This document shows, in pieces, positions 31,142 to 43,770 of a DNA stretch of 64,000 nucleotides. The notes below the pieces were generated by a model that worked only from the letters and a program-made list of their open reading frames with translations, was not told the origin of the DNA and searched no databases. The first letter of the stretch is position 1, and each line of letters begins with the position of its first letter. Both the position numbers and the translations under genes were made by a program. Source of the stretch: Tubiluchus corallicola (taxonomy: Eukaryota > Animalia > Priapulida); contig JAQGDQ010000115.1 of NCBI GenBank assembly GCA_030141605.1, forward strand, positions 542,707 through 606,706, given 5' to 3'.

Positions 31142-31401
31142 ATAGCTTCTCATATCGCAATATATACAGATCTTCATTCTTAAAGGCTAGAACAAAGGCA
31201 AGAATCTTGATGTCGTAATTTGTTGAAAAACGACACTCTACCAGTGCAAGACACCTGTGATTCAGATGCGAATTGCTTTGAAAGCAGTCAAATTTGGAGC
31301 AGATTCAAACTGTCAAGGTGCTTCACTAAGCTGGATTCCGAGAAATCCCGGAACAGGATTTGGATTAGATTGCAGTAAATGTCAATATCTTATATCAAAG
31401 C

Positions 31402-31700
31402 AAAAGCCAAGTCTCTCGGGAAGTTGAGCTTATTCTAATATTTGAGAAAAATGTTAGAAAGTTTCAGCAATAAAATTGTGATAAGCATCGAATGCAATTA
31501 GTAAAATCAATTTAAAGTTGCCGACACTTCATACTTGGGCGTATTCATTTTAGACGAAAAATAACGTCATCCGGTTTCCGTACAATATAAACGCTTACTC
31601 TGCCAGGTGCTTCAGTACTTTTTTTTTGACTTACAGAACGAACTCTGTAAACTGAGCAACCAAAATGGTACCTACTATATGCTCGCAAGTTCAATGCATA
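31402..31700 (+). repeat. Dispersed repeat fragment homologous to 50151-50430
   Basis: Near-identical block AAAAGCC(A/G)AGTCTCTCG(G/T)GAAGTTGAGCTTATTCTAATATTTGAGAAAAATGTTAGAAAGTTTC and further colinear similarity. Confidence 0.85.
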
Positions 31701-32190
31701 TCTGAAAGTTAACAAAAGTCTGTAAATTAATTACACTTACACAATTAATGTACACTACTTACACATTTTACGGTATAATCCGTAATTTTTACATAAACAC
31801 AGTTAAATATAATGCTAGAATAACGGAACTTCTGAGTGAACTGTAGAAATTTCCCAACGCTAAACATCACCAAAGCTTGCCTTCACAGCATTCACGCTGT
31901 ACACCAACTACCAGCTTATGTCATTTTTTTCAAATGTGACGGCGGCGACGTTTGTTTGGCAGGACATAAAAAAATTTTTAATTTCTTTTACATTTTTAAG
32001 CAAAGCATTCTACGCACATATATTGTGTGGTGATTTCAGTGTTTTTAATTGCATATTAAAATGCAATAAATGTTGTTCAAGGGTTAGTTCATCCTTTAAT
32101 ATCTTGACGATGATGGTTTATTCAAATCTAAAATAGAAAACGAAGTAACTAAGCTATGTCTCATCTTCTCCAGTGTTCTGTTCATATATA

Positions 32191-32781
32191 CAACAAACTA
32201 CGTAAAACTGGGATTGGTATAACTAGAATTCTTGCATATCTCGAACAGATCTCGTGGAACGGGCTTTCCCTTTCGTTTTTTAACTTTAACAAACATCGTG
32301 TAACTCGAACGGAATTCCGGGTACAATTCTTAAGAATCTGACAAAAATTACCTCGCCTATCTTGAACAGCCTCCTAGCGAGAAGTCTTACGTGAAAGTGT
32401 GCACCATATTACGATTTTAACTGCTAGTTTCAGCAAAAATGCTAAGATTTTTTGTATTAGCTTAGCGGACCGCTGCACATGGCATAACGAACATGATTTA
32501 ATGTAGATCACAATATTATTACTGCCGAAATCTAATAACCATGTTAATCAGAATACAAGAGAGGTGGGCCAGTCATTTTATTTTTGATTATTCATAAAAG
32601 TCATTGTTTGATACTTGCTTAAAGGCTCAGTTTGTCATTTTCACGGGCTGTAGTGTTACTATTGTATTGTGTGACGTTGATGAGTAACTCAATCTTGTTT
32701 TCTTACGAACATTATATAACTTTAGCATAACTAGAAAAACTTTTCCACTCCCGAGGTGTTCGAGTTATACGTAGTTTATTG
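32191..32781. mobile_element. Tc1/mariner-pogo-type MITE (591 bp)
   Basis: TA on both sides (32189-90, 32782-83); 21-bp TIRs CAACAAACTACGTAAAACTGG vs rc CAATAAACTACGTATAACTCG (18/21); internal A(A/T)CTCGAA repeats. Confidence 0.75.
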
Positions 32782-33007
32782 TATGTATAATTTTTTTACT
32801 GGCAACAATGTATTTATAATCTTATAACGCATTGTATCATCATAGGCACTGAGGTGGAAACTGGATTTGCCATATTGATTATTTAAACTAGAAACAATAA
32901 AAACAAACATTATGAGGAAGGAGTCTTAAATATTTTTAATAGGGTAGGCCATTATGTTAATGAAAAAACTTAATGTTACTTACAAAAGTAATATACAAGT
33001 AGTTGTT

Positions 33008-33106
33008 CTATGCTTCTAGCGTTGACATGGCTTCTTCCAGTCGCCGCCTCGCATCAAGAACCTTCATTTCTTGCTTCCGCACGTCTTCCTCTGTCACGGT
33101 CACAGC
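33008..33106 (-). CDS. MBD2/3: MBD2/3 last coding exon (6): C-terminal coiled coil AVTVTEEDVRKQEMKVLDARRRLEEAMSTLEA*
   Basis: tcttctag acceptor, phase 0, 99 nt ending in TAG; matches the MBD2/MBD3 p66-binding coiled coil (VTDEDIRKQE...LEEAL). Not in the ORF track. Confidence 0.93.
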   Translation of the reverse strand, partial: AVTVTEEDVRKQEMKVLDARRRLEEAMSTLEA

Positions 33107-33380
33107 CTAGAAGAAAAATCCGAGCTTCAATTTCCTAAAATAGTTTAGGAAGAAATGAATTCAATATTGAAAGCTGTTAAAGTTGGAAACTGAAGAATTC
33201 GTTATTGAATTTTAGAAAAATGAAGATAGGACGGAAGCTATTTACGAAATTTTGGTCAATGAATGTCAGGTGGTGCTGGTAACTTAAAATCAATTTTTAG
33301 TATATGGTAGAAGCTTTAATTTCCCGAATTCAACACGAAGAATAAAGCGCGTCAGTTTAAGTTACAAATCTGATAAAAAT

Positions 33381-33620
33381 TGACAAAAGTTTACAAACAT
33401 GAATCTAACTCACAAAACTTTAGAAGCTTGAGTCTAACTGACAAAAGTTTACAAGCTTGAGTCTAGCTGACAGAAGTTTACAAACTTGAGTCTTTGTTGA
33501 GAAAAGCTTACAAACTTGAGTCTAGCTGATAAAAGCTTACAAACTTGAGTCAAACTGACAAAAGTTTACAAACTTAAGTCTAACTGAAAAAAGTTTACAA
33601 ACTTGGCTCTAACTGATAAA
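33381..33620. repeat. Minisatellite, ~29-bp unit, ~8 copies
   Basis: Unit TGACAAAAGTTTACAAACTTGAGTCTAAC; period 33381/33410/33439. Confidence 0.92.
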
Positions 33621-34308
33621 GCTTCAAGCAGGTTTTGAGCAGCCTTTCTTTTCGCCACACAAAAGCCAGGACAAACTTGAGCCCAGTTTCACACAGCCTT
33701 CAGCTATCACTAAGTTAATGATTTCTTTATTACTTTGTGAAACTCGCCTGGTGTTACCCTTCATATGATAATTGTATTATCGTATTAGAACATACGATAA
33801 TATGAGGCTTCATACCTTACAAGAAAGAGACTATGTGAAAATTGGTAACTATGGGATACTTTAGTAGCATGAAACAACAAATAAGTATGAAGAAATTGTG
33901 TACTAAAAGTAAAACATATGCGCTTGTTGCAGTTCCCTGAAAAGCAGCAGCAATTTCAAAAAAGAATGCTAATGATAACAACGATACTGGATTCTGGACA
34001 CACAGAAATTACAGTGATGTTTCACTGTGTTATCCTAAATTTAATTTTACAATTGTTAATGCCACCTTTTGCTGATATAGCAACTATATTAATACAAAAA
34101 TCTGCTGCAATGTACAATAATTTTTGGTTTTGGGGAATTTGGCAAAAAATGCGATTATTTTTAACCTCCAATATGATAATCAGTATCGTACAAAATAGCA
34201 CCCCTGAACTGGACTCAGGTTAGCAGATTGGCACTCTAGAAAAAGGGTTTTCAAATTCTTTTTTTTTTTGGTTCAACATGATCGGATTTGCAAGCTGGAA
34301 AGTAGCAT

Positions 34309-37300
34309 TCATGAACTATGAACTATGAATTTATTTTTCACACATCAAGATACAATACTGTACACATTAATAAACAATAAATAAAATGATCTGAGTAGCG
34401 TGAGGTGAGTGTACGACCATACGGTCATTAACACACTCACCTTACTTAAATGAAAAAATTATTAAAGTTATGCGTTGTTTTGTAGATGAGTTAATGTAAT
34501 TGATGTAATAAAGTAAATGATGTAACAATAGCAAGGAAACATAAGGAAAACATAATATGTAATTACGATAATGATATAGGTAGAGGAAATGATTGTATTG
34601 GGTACACTATTCCACAAAATAACTCCAATGTGCTGTAAGGTATTTAAGCCATACGCTATGTTAAATCGTGTTTGAAAATAGTGTCCCATACTGGAAGACC
34701 TAGTATAGTGAGAGTGAACATCTTTGATTAAAGTAAAGTAGTTAGTATATAATTCAGGCAACTGCCAGTTATTATACTTATACATGAATTTAAATAATTC
34801 AAGATTATAAATATCTTCTACTTTCAATAAACTAAGGTGTATGTACGATGGTGTTGCATGGTCTCTGTAATTGGCAAAAGTGATGTATTTAAATATTTTA
34901 TTCTGAACTGATAATAGTGGTTGTAATAAGTATTTTTTTGTTTGCCACCATGACAACCCACAGTATTGGAGGTAGATCATTTTCAAAACAGGCAAATTAA
35001 TAAAATGTCTTAACTTTGCAAAAATACCAGCTCTTTTGTTTAATTTTGTTGCTGTAGACTGTAGAGGAAATATGGGTAGACCACTTCATATTGTTGTCAA
35101 TATGCAACCCAAGGCATTTTATACTACTACTGTGTTAAAGTTATGTCGCCAATTTTGGGTTCGAAAGTGGAAGAGTCTTGTTGTGAAAGGTTCCTACTGA
35201 TTAACATATACTTAGTTTTAGTGTAATTAACAGATAATTTATTTGCTTTCATCCAGTCATCAATCTTTTTTAGTTCGTTGTTAGTGTGATGTTGTAAAGT
35301 TGAAAGGTTAGTAGATGTGAGGAAGAGACTTGTATCATCAGCGAAAAGATGAGTGCTAAAATTAGTAGCAAGAGGTAGGTCATTGATATAGATCAGGAAA
35401 AGCAGCGGCCCAAGAGTTAATCCTTGAGGTACACTACAGTTTATATCTAGCAAATCAGAGCATGTATTGTTAATAGTGGTGAACTGTTGTCGGTTAGTTA
35501 AGTAAGATTTAAGGAGTTCCAAGACAGGGCCTCTGATGCCATAATAATGTAATTTATGTAGTAGAATATCATGCTGGACTGTGTCAAAAGCTTTAGATAA
35601 ATCTAAGAATATTGCACAAGTGAAAAGTTTTTTGTCTAAATTTAGACGTATATTTTCAAGAAATTCGGAAGTAGCTAACGAGGTGGAGTAAGTTTTGCGA
35701 AAACCAAACTGAAATTTTGTTAGTATATTACATGAAGTGAGAAAATTGTTGATGCGATTACAAATAATATTTTCAAAAATTTTGGAAACTGGTGACAGCA
35801 GAGAAATTGGACGATAATTTGATAGGTTGTTTGGCGAATCATTTTTATAGAGTGGTTTTACTTTAGCTACTTTTAGACAATTAGGAAAGGTTCCTTCAGA
35901 AACTGCTATACTAAATAATCGAGAAAGAACTGGGACAATTAAATCAGTTGCTAATTTGTAGAATTTGACAGGGACATTTTCTGGGCCAGGTGATTTATTT
36001 TCTTTAAATTTATTAAGAGACAACAATGTTTCAAATTCAGAGATAGGATAAAAGAAGACAGATTTATCATTTGGAGCATTTAAGAATGATGATAGATCTT
36101 CAAAGTGGGTGGGATTTTATCGGCCATATTACTACCTACAGACTTGAAGAATTATTAAATGCATTAGCAATAGAGAGATAGTCACTTGTGGTTAGGGGTG
36201 AGCATTCTCTACCGGAAAGTGAATTCGAATCGAACCAAACTTCAGTGTTTCGAATTCGAACCGAATTCGAATTGAGATCGAAAGATTTTCGAACAACCAG
36301 CAAAAATTAGTCTTACAAAGATCATGCATATCACTAGATTTTGTTCTGCAATAAAACGACTAGTAATTTCTTTAAAATTGTGTGCAGAAATCACAGTAAA
36401 TTATGCTAATTGCATGGTGTTTCAATCGTTTTAGTGATAAAAACGTGTGATTGAAGTGCTGAATTATTCGAATCTATAGTTTTGGATTCGAATCGAGTTC
36501 GAACTAAAAAACTCGTTCGAACTCAAACGTTCGATGCTCACCTCTACTTGTGGTATGACCATTGTTATCTACAGAGGAAGGGGCAACTTGTGTTTTACTT
36601 TTAATCTTCAGTAAGCTGTTAATTGTACTCTATTGCTTCTTAATATTATTTTTGTTTACAGCAAATAAATGGTCATAATATTCTCTCTTGGATTTTTGTT
36701 TAACATGATTTAGTTTATTTGAATAAGTCTTATAATAAGTCCTTTTGTAAAGGGAATTAGAAAGTTTGTGAGATTTATAGAGCTTGCTTCTAGTTCTGAT
36801 TGATTTTAAAATTCTGGGTGTTATCCAGGGTTTTCGAAAGGATATTATTTCTCTTTTACTAAGTGTTCGAATCGGGGCAAGTTTATTAAGGGTGGTTTCA
36901 AATGATTCCAAGAAATGGGAAAAAGTATTATTTACATTAAGTTGACTATTGAAAATATTAGAAAGTGAATGTCCCAGACCGCTCAGAAAATTGGCAGGAA
37001 TAAATCTTTTAGTATATATTATTTGTATTTGAGACTTACTTTTGCATGCATAGAAAGAGTTAACAATTGCAAAGATAGGCAGATGGTCAGTCACTTCATA
37101 CTGAATGATGCCAGCAGTGATGGGATTTTGAAACTCATCAGTATAAATATGATCAATTAAGGTTTGTGAGTTGTTAGTAATGCGAGTTGGTTGAGTGATA
37201 ACTGGATGAAACCTATTTGAGAACAACATATTTATATAGTTGGCAACTGAAGAAATGTCTTCATGTTGAAGTAAATTAATAACCATGTCCCCGCAAATAA

Positions 37301-37930
37301 AAGCTGTCCTACCTGACGAATTGATCAAGTTTAAGATCTTTTCCATTTCTTCATTAAAGTGACTGACAGATTTGTTGGGGTGCCTGTACACGAAGCCAAA
37401 TAGTATAGGTGCTTTATTTCTTGATGTTTTTATCTCGACCCATAAATCCTCTACAGCTATTCTGCTAACAGAGTGAGGTAAGTCGGACGTATATTTTTCG
37501 CAGTTAAACTGAATTTCATTAATAACTTTAAATTCAAGATTTCTTTTAATATATAGATATATAGTAAGCAAATCTTTTCTAAGAAAAATGTACTCTGGTA
37601 TATTGTAGAAAAAGGGTGTATTCTCATGTAATCTTGTTTCTGTAATAGCAATGATGTTCGGAGGATTTTGTAAATGATCCACTGTTTCAAGCACCTAACC
37701 AAAATAGCGGCCAAGACTGCATGCATTCATGTGCACAAAGCAAAAATCATTTGTATTGTTTTTTTAATTTGGTGTCATGTTTTAGTGCATCTAAAGAATA
37801 ATACTTACTAGAGTACTGTATAATATAATTATCTGGATCTTGAGAATCTTCACATATGGGTGACAGAAATGAAGAAAGATTAGTATAAGTAGATAAGCTA
37901 TTCAGTCGCAGATTCTACTTAATGTAAGTG
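34309..37930 (-). mobile_element. Decayed CR1/L2-type LINE (ORF2: APE endonuclease + RT) in MBD2/3 intron 5
   Basis: ORF 36630-37694 has APE motifs (IAITETRL, VYRHP, ICGD, TLIDHIY, TDHLPI). ORF 35127-36026 has RT motifs (YRPISLL, QFGFR, LDLSKAFDTV, VPQG, FADD). ORF 34468-34995 is the C-terminal part. 3' stem-loop at 34403-34442 and (TTCATAG)n tail. Broken by stops, frameshifts and a MITE; 5' boundary approximate. Confidence 0.93.
36193..36546. mobile_element. hAT-type MITE (354 bp) inserted in the LINE
   Basis: Perfect 8-bp TSD CTTGTGGT (36185-92, 36547-54); TIR TAGGGGTGAGCAT vs rc TAGAGGTGAGCAT; many subterminal TTCGAA motifs. Confidence 0.93.
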
Positions 37931-38005
37931 ATTGTGGTGGGGCTGGAACCTGATAATCAAGGATCAGTCAATTAGCTGGCAAACGTATGTGTATCTGAAT
38001 CCTTA

Positions 38006-39441
38006 GGGGCCCATCCACATATCACAATATCAAGTTTAGGGAGGGTAGGTGGTAGGAGACAGGATAACACCATTATAATGCAAGGTAGGTAGGTGATTAG
38101 TCATGACATCTTTATCTGACTTCATTAGCAAGAGAACCTGCAGGATTTGCCAGAAAGGCACATCTAAAATGTTGTTTCAAAAATCCAGGAAGGCACACCT
38201 AAAGTGTTGTCTAAAAATCCACGAAGGCACACCTAAAGTGTTGTCTCAAAAATCCAGGAAGGCACATCTAAAATGTTGTTTCAAAAATCCAGGAAAGCAC
38301 ACCTAAAATGTTGTCTCAAAAATCCATGAAGACACATCTAAAGTGTTGTTTCAAAAATCCATGAAAAGTTATCTAAAGTGTTGTGTCAAAAAAACCATGA
38401 AAACACACCTAAAGTGTTGTCTCAAAAATCCATGAAAAGTCATCTAAAGTGTTGTGTCAAAAAAACCATGAAAACACACCTAAAGTGTTGTCTCAAAAAT
38501 CCATGAAGACACAGCTAAAGTGTTGTCTCAAAAATCCATGAAAAGTCATCTAAAGTGTTGTGTCAAAAAAACCATGAAAACACACCTAGTGTTGTCTCAA
38601 AAATCCATGAAGACACAGCTAAAGTGTTGTCTCAAAAATCCATGAAGACACATCTAAAGTGTTGTCTCAAAAATCCATGAAAAGTCATCTAAAGTGTTGT
38701 GTCAAAAAAACCATGAAAACACACCTAAAGTGTTGTCTCAAAAATCCATGAAGACACAGCTAAAGTGTTGTCTCAAAAATCCATGAAAAGTCATCTAAAG
38801 TGTTGTGTCAAAAAAACCATGAAAACACACCTAGTGTTGTCTCAAAAATCCATGAAGACACAGCTAAAGTGTTGTCTCAAAAATCCATGAAGACACATCT
38901 AAAGTGTTGTTTCAAAAATCCATGAAAAGTCATCTAAAGTGTTGTGTCAAAAAAACCATGAAAACACACCTAAAGTGTTGTCTCAAAAATCCATGAAGAC
39001 ACAGCTAAAGTGTTGTCTCAAAAATCCACGAAGGCACACCTAAAGTGTTGTCTCAAAAATCCATGAAGACACACCTAAAGTGTTTGTCGTCAAAATCAAA
39101 GCAGCAGATTGTGCCGGCAGCGGCGATGCAATTAAATGAACAACCAACTTATCCAGTACATCTGGCAGCGATGCAGAACAATGAATGGCTGGTTGCAAGT
39201 GGCCATGAGAAGAAATTAGCCGACTGGGTCGATGAGAACAAGTTTAATGAATTGGGGCTGTCACTGCCTATCCTTGGGTGGAGGAAGAAAAAAATGTACA
39301 AAAAAACTACACAAATGTGATATCGATAGCAATATAAGAGGTAGGTAGTTGGTCGGGCATAATGTAACACCATTATAATGCATGGTAGGTAGGTCCTTGA
39401 AACCTGCCAAAAATGTGATACCGCTATATGTGAACGGCCCC
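38006..39441. mobile_element. Non-autonomous PIF/Harbinger-type element carrying an internal satellite array
   Basis: TTA on both sides (38003-05, 39442-44); termini GGGGCCCATCCACATAT vs rc GGGGCCGTTCACATAT; internal direct repeat AACACCATTATAATGCAwGGTAGGTAGGT near each end. Confidence 0.75.
38148..39083. repeat. 35-bp tandem satellite, ~26 copies, with 245-bp higher-order unit
   Basis: Unit CTAAAGTGTTGTCTCAAAAATCCATGAAGACACAG; period 38481 to 38516; deletion variant CTAGTG recurs at 38586 and 38831. Confidence 0.96.
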
Positions 39442-39639
39442 TTAGCCACATTCAAACTTAAGGCAATATAGCATAAGGTGAATAAAATTCTCCAAAACAA
39501 GTATTGAACGCAGCTATTGTCCGTCCCTTGACTGACTAACCTTGGAATAGTTCAACTTTGATTGTTATGCACACACTGTGACCACTCAGCTATTAAACTC
39601 GCCTGAATGTTGGTGCAGCCTAACTCATCTAATCCTAAA

Positions 39640-39746
39640 AGCTACATATCTACATCCCAGACACTGAATGTATGTGTTATTCATAAGTTATCAAAGTTAA
39701 GCAACGAGCTTGGTTAGTAACTGGATAGAAAAATTGCTTCTGGGTA
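39640..39746 (+). mobile_element. Degenerate 5S rRNA-derived (SINE3-like) fragment
   Basis: AAGTTAAGCAACGAGCTTGGTTAGTAACTGGAT resembles the 5S internal control region (AAGCTAAGC...TGGTTAGTACTTGGAT); too diverged to be a functional 5S gene. Confidence 0.45.
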
Positions 39747-39886
39747 GCTTCATCTGCTGGTTTTTAGAGGATTAGCCTGGACAAGGGGTTTACTTGTGAT
39801 CCTGCAATTAAGTAGATTCTGACACTGTTTTCAGTGTGATAAATTGTAAAAAAGTTGCTGCATACTTATTACCAATTTCCAGATAC

Positions 39887-40041
39887 CTGTAAAAGAGGCT
39901 GCTCCGTGTTTAGGAAAACTCCGGGATTTTTCTCCAAAGTAGTTTTGGAAGCTGTCTGTCCCATCACTGGCATGGAATTATTCAGTAAACACGTGGCGAT
40001 GCTCTGTAGTAACGTCTCCGTTTCAACACATGGTGCTATAG
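39887..40041 (-). CDS. MBD2/3: MBD2/3 exon 5 (AIAPCVETETLLQSIATCL...LEKNPGVFLNTEQPLLQ)
   Basis: AG/GT bounded, 155 nt, phase 1 to 0; matches the MBD2 C-terminal region (TLLSAVASAL...VEKNP.V.LNT.QPL). Confidence 0.93.
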
Positions 40042-40643
40042 CTTTTGAAAAACAGAACATCTCTTGCTAAAATCTCTATTTCATGCAACTCTGTTATAAA
40101 GTTTTTCAACTTCCATGAAGGTAAACAGGATAATGTGAGCCTGCATATCTCAATTTCTAACAAAAAACTAACATAACAAAAGTTACATTTTCGCAAAAAA
40201 ACAGTTCCTATCTTGCAAGATGGTCACATTTTTCTATGCTACCTGTAAGGTAAATCTGCAAACTGATAGGAATGCTGGGCAAATGCAGTTATGTCTTCAA
40301 ATTTACTAAAACAAGGAAGATATCGTTCTTGCGAATATCGAACAAATGTGGAACAATCCGAAGTCTTCAGCAACAAGCAAGTCGCTCACTAGTTAGACGG
40401 ATATATTACAAGTGTTCACTGTTCAATTCCTCTAAAATTATGCAGTTTGATTACAAACGACAGGTAAAAAAAACCTGCACAGCAAATTGTAATTTTTTGT
40501 TTTTCACTGCTATTTCAGTAAATCAATGCATATTTTTATACATAATTCCCTTAGAAATGTATTTTATACAGGTTTCTACTTTGCAAAGAGCACTACAGTA
40601 TTAGTATATAAACGTTTTGTTAAAAACTACTTGACAGACTAAC

Positions 40644-40734
40644 CTTTAAAATGAGGAGGAAGTTCAAGAGATTCTAATGCGTTTCCATTTAAGTCGCTAG
40701 CATGAAGCCCTTGCAACCGTTTCTCCCAGAAAAC
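40644..40734 (-). CDS. MBD2/3: MBD2/3 exon 4 (VFWEKRLQGLHASDLNGNALESLELPPHFK)
   Basis: AG/GT bounded, 91 nt, phase 0 to 1; diagnostic FWEKRLQGL motif. Not in the ORF track. Confidence 0.95.
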
Positions 40735-41324
40735 CTGCTAATTAGTAAAGAACATTTATGTAATGTTAGATCACATAATGAAAATGCCCGCAAATAACAA
40801 ATGCTACTCTTCATTATAGAAGCTCAATTAAGGACACCAAGAAGCTTTGAAACACAGTCAGAATTGGGGCTTTGATTCGATTTTATTCATTGAAGTTATA
40901 CCCGACAATATAGATTATTTTATTCCCGTAATGTCTATGCTGTTGCTCAGCGAGGTACTTAGGCTCACATAGCCGACTCATTGATAACAGCCCACAATAA
41001 GTAATTAAGAAATCTGGCAGATAAAAAAATATCAAATGCCTTGTGCCGGGAAAACAATAACTTTCACGACTCACAGCTTGTGCTCAGGCTTTCAATGTAT
41101 AATAAATGAGTGCGATTGTTAACGTAACAGTGCAGTTAGTTAAAATGCACCAGTAGTTGTTTTTATTTGTGAATATAAATTATTACAGTTACTTCATTGC
41201 CCCCGAATCAGAACAATCGGATACCCAGGTACCCGATGGGTATGAGGAATAGGGGACCCGAGTCTAATTTTTTTGCTACCCATGTAAACATTAAATGTTG
41301 AAAAGATTTTTAATTATTTCTCAC

Positions 41325-41488
41325 TTGTTTTGGTTTGTCATGTGAACCATGTTTAAGTTCTGATTTCACTTTACTTGTCTGCGTTTTTACAACGGTTACC
41401 GGCTGCTTGAAGATGGATGCCGTTTGTCGAATTGGAGGCACTAAACTAGCATCGTTTCTCACCCCTCTAGCATAGTCAAATTGAGTAC
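41325..41488 (-). CDS. MBD2/3: MBD2/3 exon 3 (GTQFDYARGVRNDASLVPPIRQTASIFKQPVT...KPKQ)
   Basis: AG/GT bounded, 164 nt, phase 1 to 0; diagnostic PIRQTASIFKQPVT motif. Confidence 0.95.
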
Positions 41489-42257
41489 CTGTGAAAATGT
41501 ACAAGGGTAAACAAAATGTCAATGATTAACATCAAACAAGAACACTAAACTACAACACAGCTCTGTCAAAAATGTTATCAGTGTGAACAATCGGACACAA
41601 TCAGTCACTGAAGTGAAAATTATTTAAATTATCTATCACTGCATCAAAATTAAGTTGTTCTACAGCTGATATGTAGATGCAGCTGTTATCATGCATACAT
41701 GATACATTGCGGGTTTTTGAAGGGTAACCAGTTTGCAGGTGATTGCATCTACATGTTGACTTCAACCAGTTCTATTATGATTACAATTATCGCTAACAAG
41801 CTTTAATGATTGTCATGTTAAATAATAAGGCTAGGTGTAAATCTTTTGAAAGAGATGTTTCCATGTATTTTTGTCACTGCTGTACAAGTGAAACAATGCT
41901 TATATTCCAAAAACCAATCTACAGCAAAATTTGTTATTCATTAATTTTACGTTTTAGATGAACCGCAAATGATGGTTTTAGATGATCTTAAGATAAAAAT
42001 CTCTACAAAATGGTCGACTGTGAATAACAATTATGATTACTTTGCCATTTTAAGAATGAATTTTGGTTATACAAACACAAAAGTCAACTGTGATCATTCA
42101 TAATTTATAAATTTTTAACTTAATCAGTCCCAAACACATCTACATAGATACATTTCTAAAAGAAGAAAGAACACTGCTGGACAAAAATAATATTTTCCCA
42201 GCATTGCAAAAAAAATATTGAAATAGCCACGTCAAAAATTTATGAAATCAAAAATAC

Positions 42258-42391
42258 CTTTTAAACGTTTGCTTTTTCGTAACACACCAGAAAGCATTTT
42301 TCCTGTGCGAAAATCAAAGGCACTCAAGTCGATCATATCGCCAAGGTGTCGAGCTAACTGTGGCTTACTGCGGAATTTTCGTCCATCAGGG
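42258..42391 (-). CDS. MBD2/3: MBD2/3 exon 2 (SPDGRKFRSKPQLARHLGDMIDLSAFDFRTGKM...)
   Basis: tttcag acceptor and gtattt donor, 134 nt, phase 2 to 1; second half of the methyl-CpG-binding domain. Not in the ORF track. Confidence 0.95.
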
Positions 42392-43770
42392 CTGAAATAA
42401 AAAAATTATCTTGTATTTATAAAATCAACTAAAAATATCATTGCAAAAAAACATCTCGTGACACTTAATTTGAGCTGCAAACAATTTTTTTATGCAAAGC
42501 ATGGGATTCTTGGCAATCGATTTCTGAACCTATTACTTCTATTAGTGCGAGCTTACATTCTGCAGCAGCCTAGCTATTTCGGCATCTCAAGTTCTTAGCT
42601 GACTGCTGATTAATGCAACAATACAATGATGGTTTCACATTCTTTGCGAGATGTAAATTAACGTCAACTTGTGGGGTTTTAATTACCATCCGTCGGGAAT
42701 TCCTCAGCTGTCTCCCTATAAAAGCAGGATTGGCTAGTAGTAGTTTGATGCCCTAGTTGAAACTATTTTTAGCGCCCTCCCTCAATGGCCACATATACCA
42801 CACCCGCAAAATTGAATTTTCTTTGTATGCAATAAAATATAATGGTATTATGTGTTATTCTTATACACGCATTATGACACACTAATGAATTGTAGTTAAT
42901 TACCTATTTACAGCTCGTGTTGATTTTATTTGAAATTAAATTTATGACACCATTGTATTTCCCGGGTCTTGGGAAGCAATTAAAAGTTTTGCAATATCTG
43001 CTGCATAGTGTTTGTGTACATATTCTTAGCTAAATTTTCACTTAGCCATTTCATCAGGAATTCTTTGAAACACTAACTCCTCCTCTTTTACATGTACACC
43101 ATTACAATAGTTGCAGCATCTTCACTACCATAACTCTGGTTTGGTTGCACACAGTTCACTGGCTAATCTTTTTGCAGCTCGATGTCTGCCAGATTTTTAC
43201 ATTCCTTTTCCTACTTTGCACTCCTGAAGGCTTTGACATTTATAGATTTATCTGCTATAATTATGTAACGCAATGGAATTGTTACTTTCCCCACTGCTCA
43301 ATGCATGCAATGTAAACTATGGTCAAAAGCAGCGTAATGCGTCAGTAATATCTGCACATAATAATGTAATCTTAGGAAGCCAGGTAAAGCAAAACTAGAA
43401 AGTGTTTGCTGAGGGAAGAAAGCTCCGTGCTAATGTGCAAGAATTACATACGATGACAGGAAAATAACACGAGTTTGTTTCATGAAATTAAAGTGTTATG
43501 CATTAAACAATTACACATACCCTATGTTATTACTTATGCCAAACCTAAACTTCAAAATTACGCTAGAATTTGTCGTCCTAACCAACAGTTTGCCTAGTGG
43601 TAAAGCCGGCCCTGTATATAAGTTTGATATTTTGTCAACACAATATTGGTACGTTGACAAGAAAGACATGTTGGTACTAACTAGCATGTTTCCGTAAGCT
43701 TTTATTCAAAACATGTTCTAAATTTTTATCTAACCGGCATATTTCACAATCAGATAAACAAAACAAAAAC

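Noticed and set aside
38148-39083. 35-bp repeat array as a CRISPR array
   Set aside because: Units are head-to-tail with no unique spacers, no cas genes, and the context is a eukaryotic intron.
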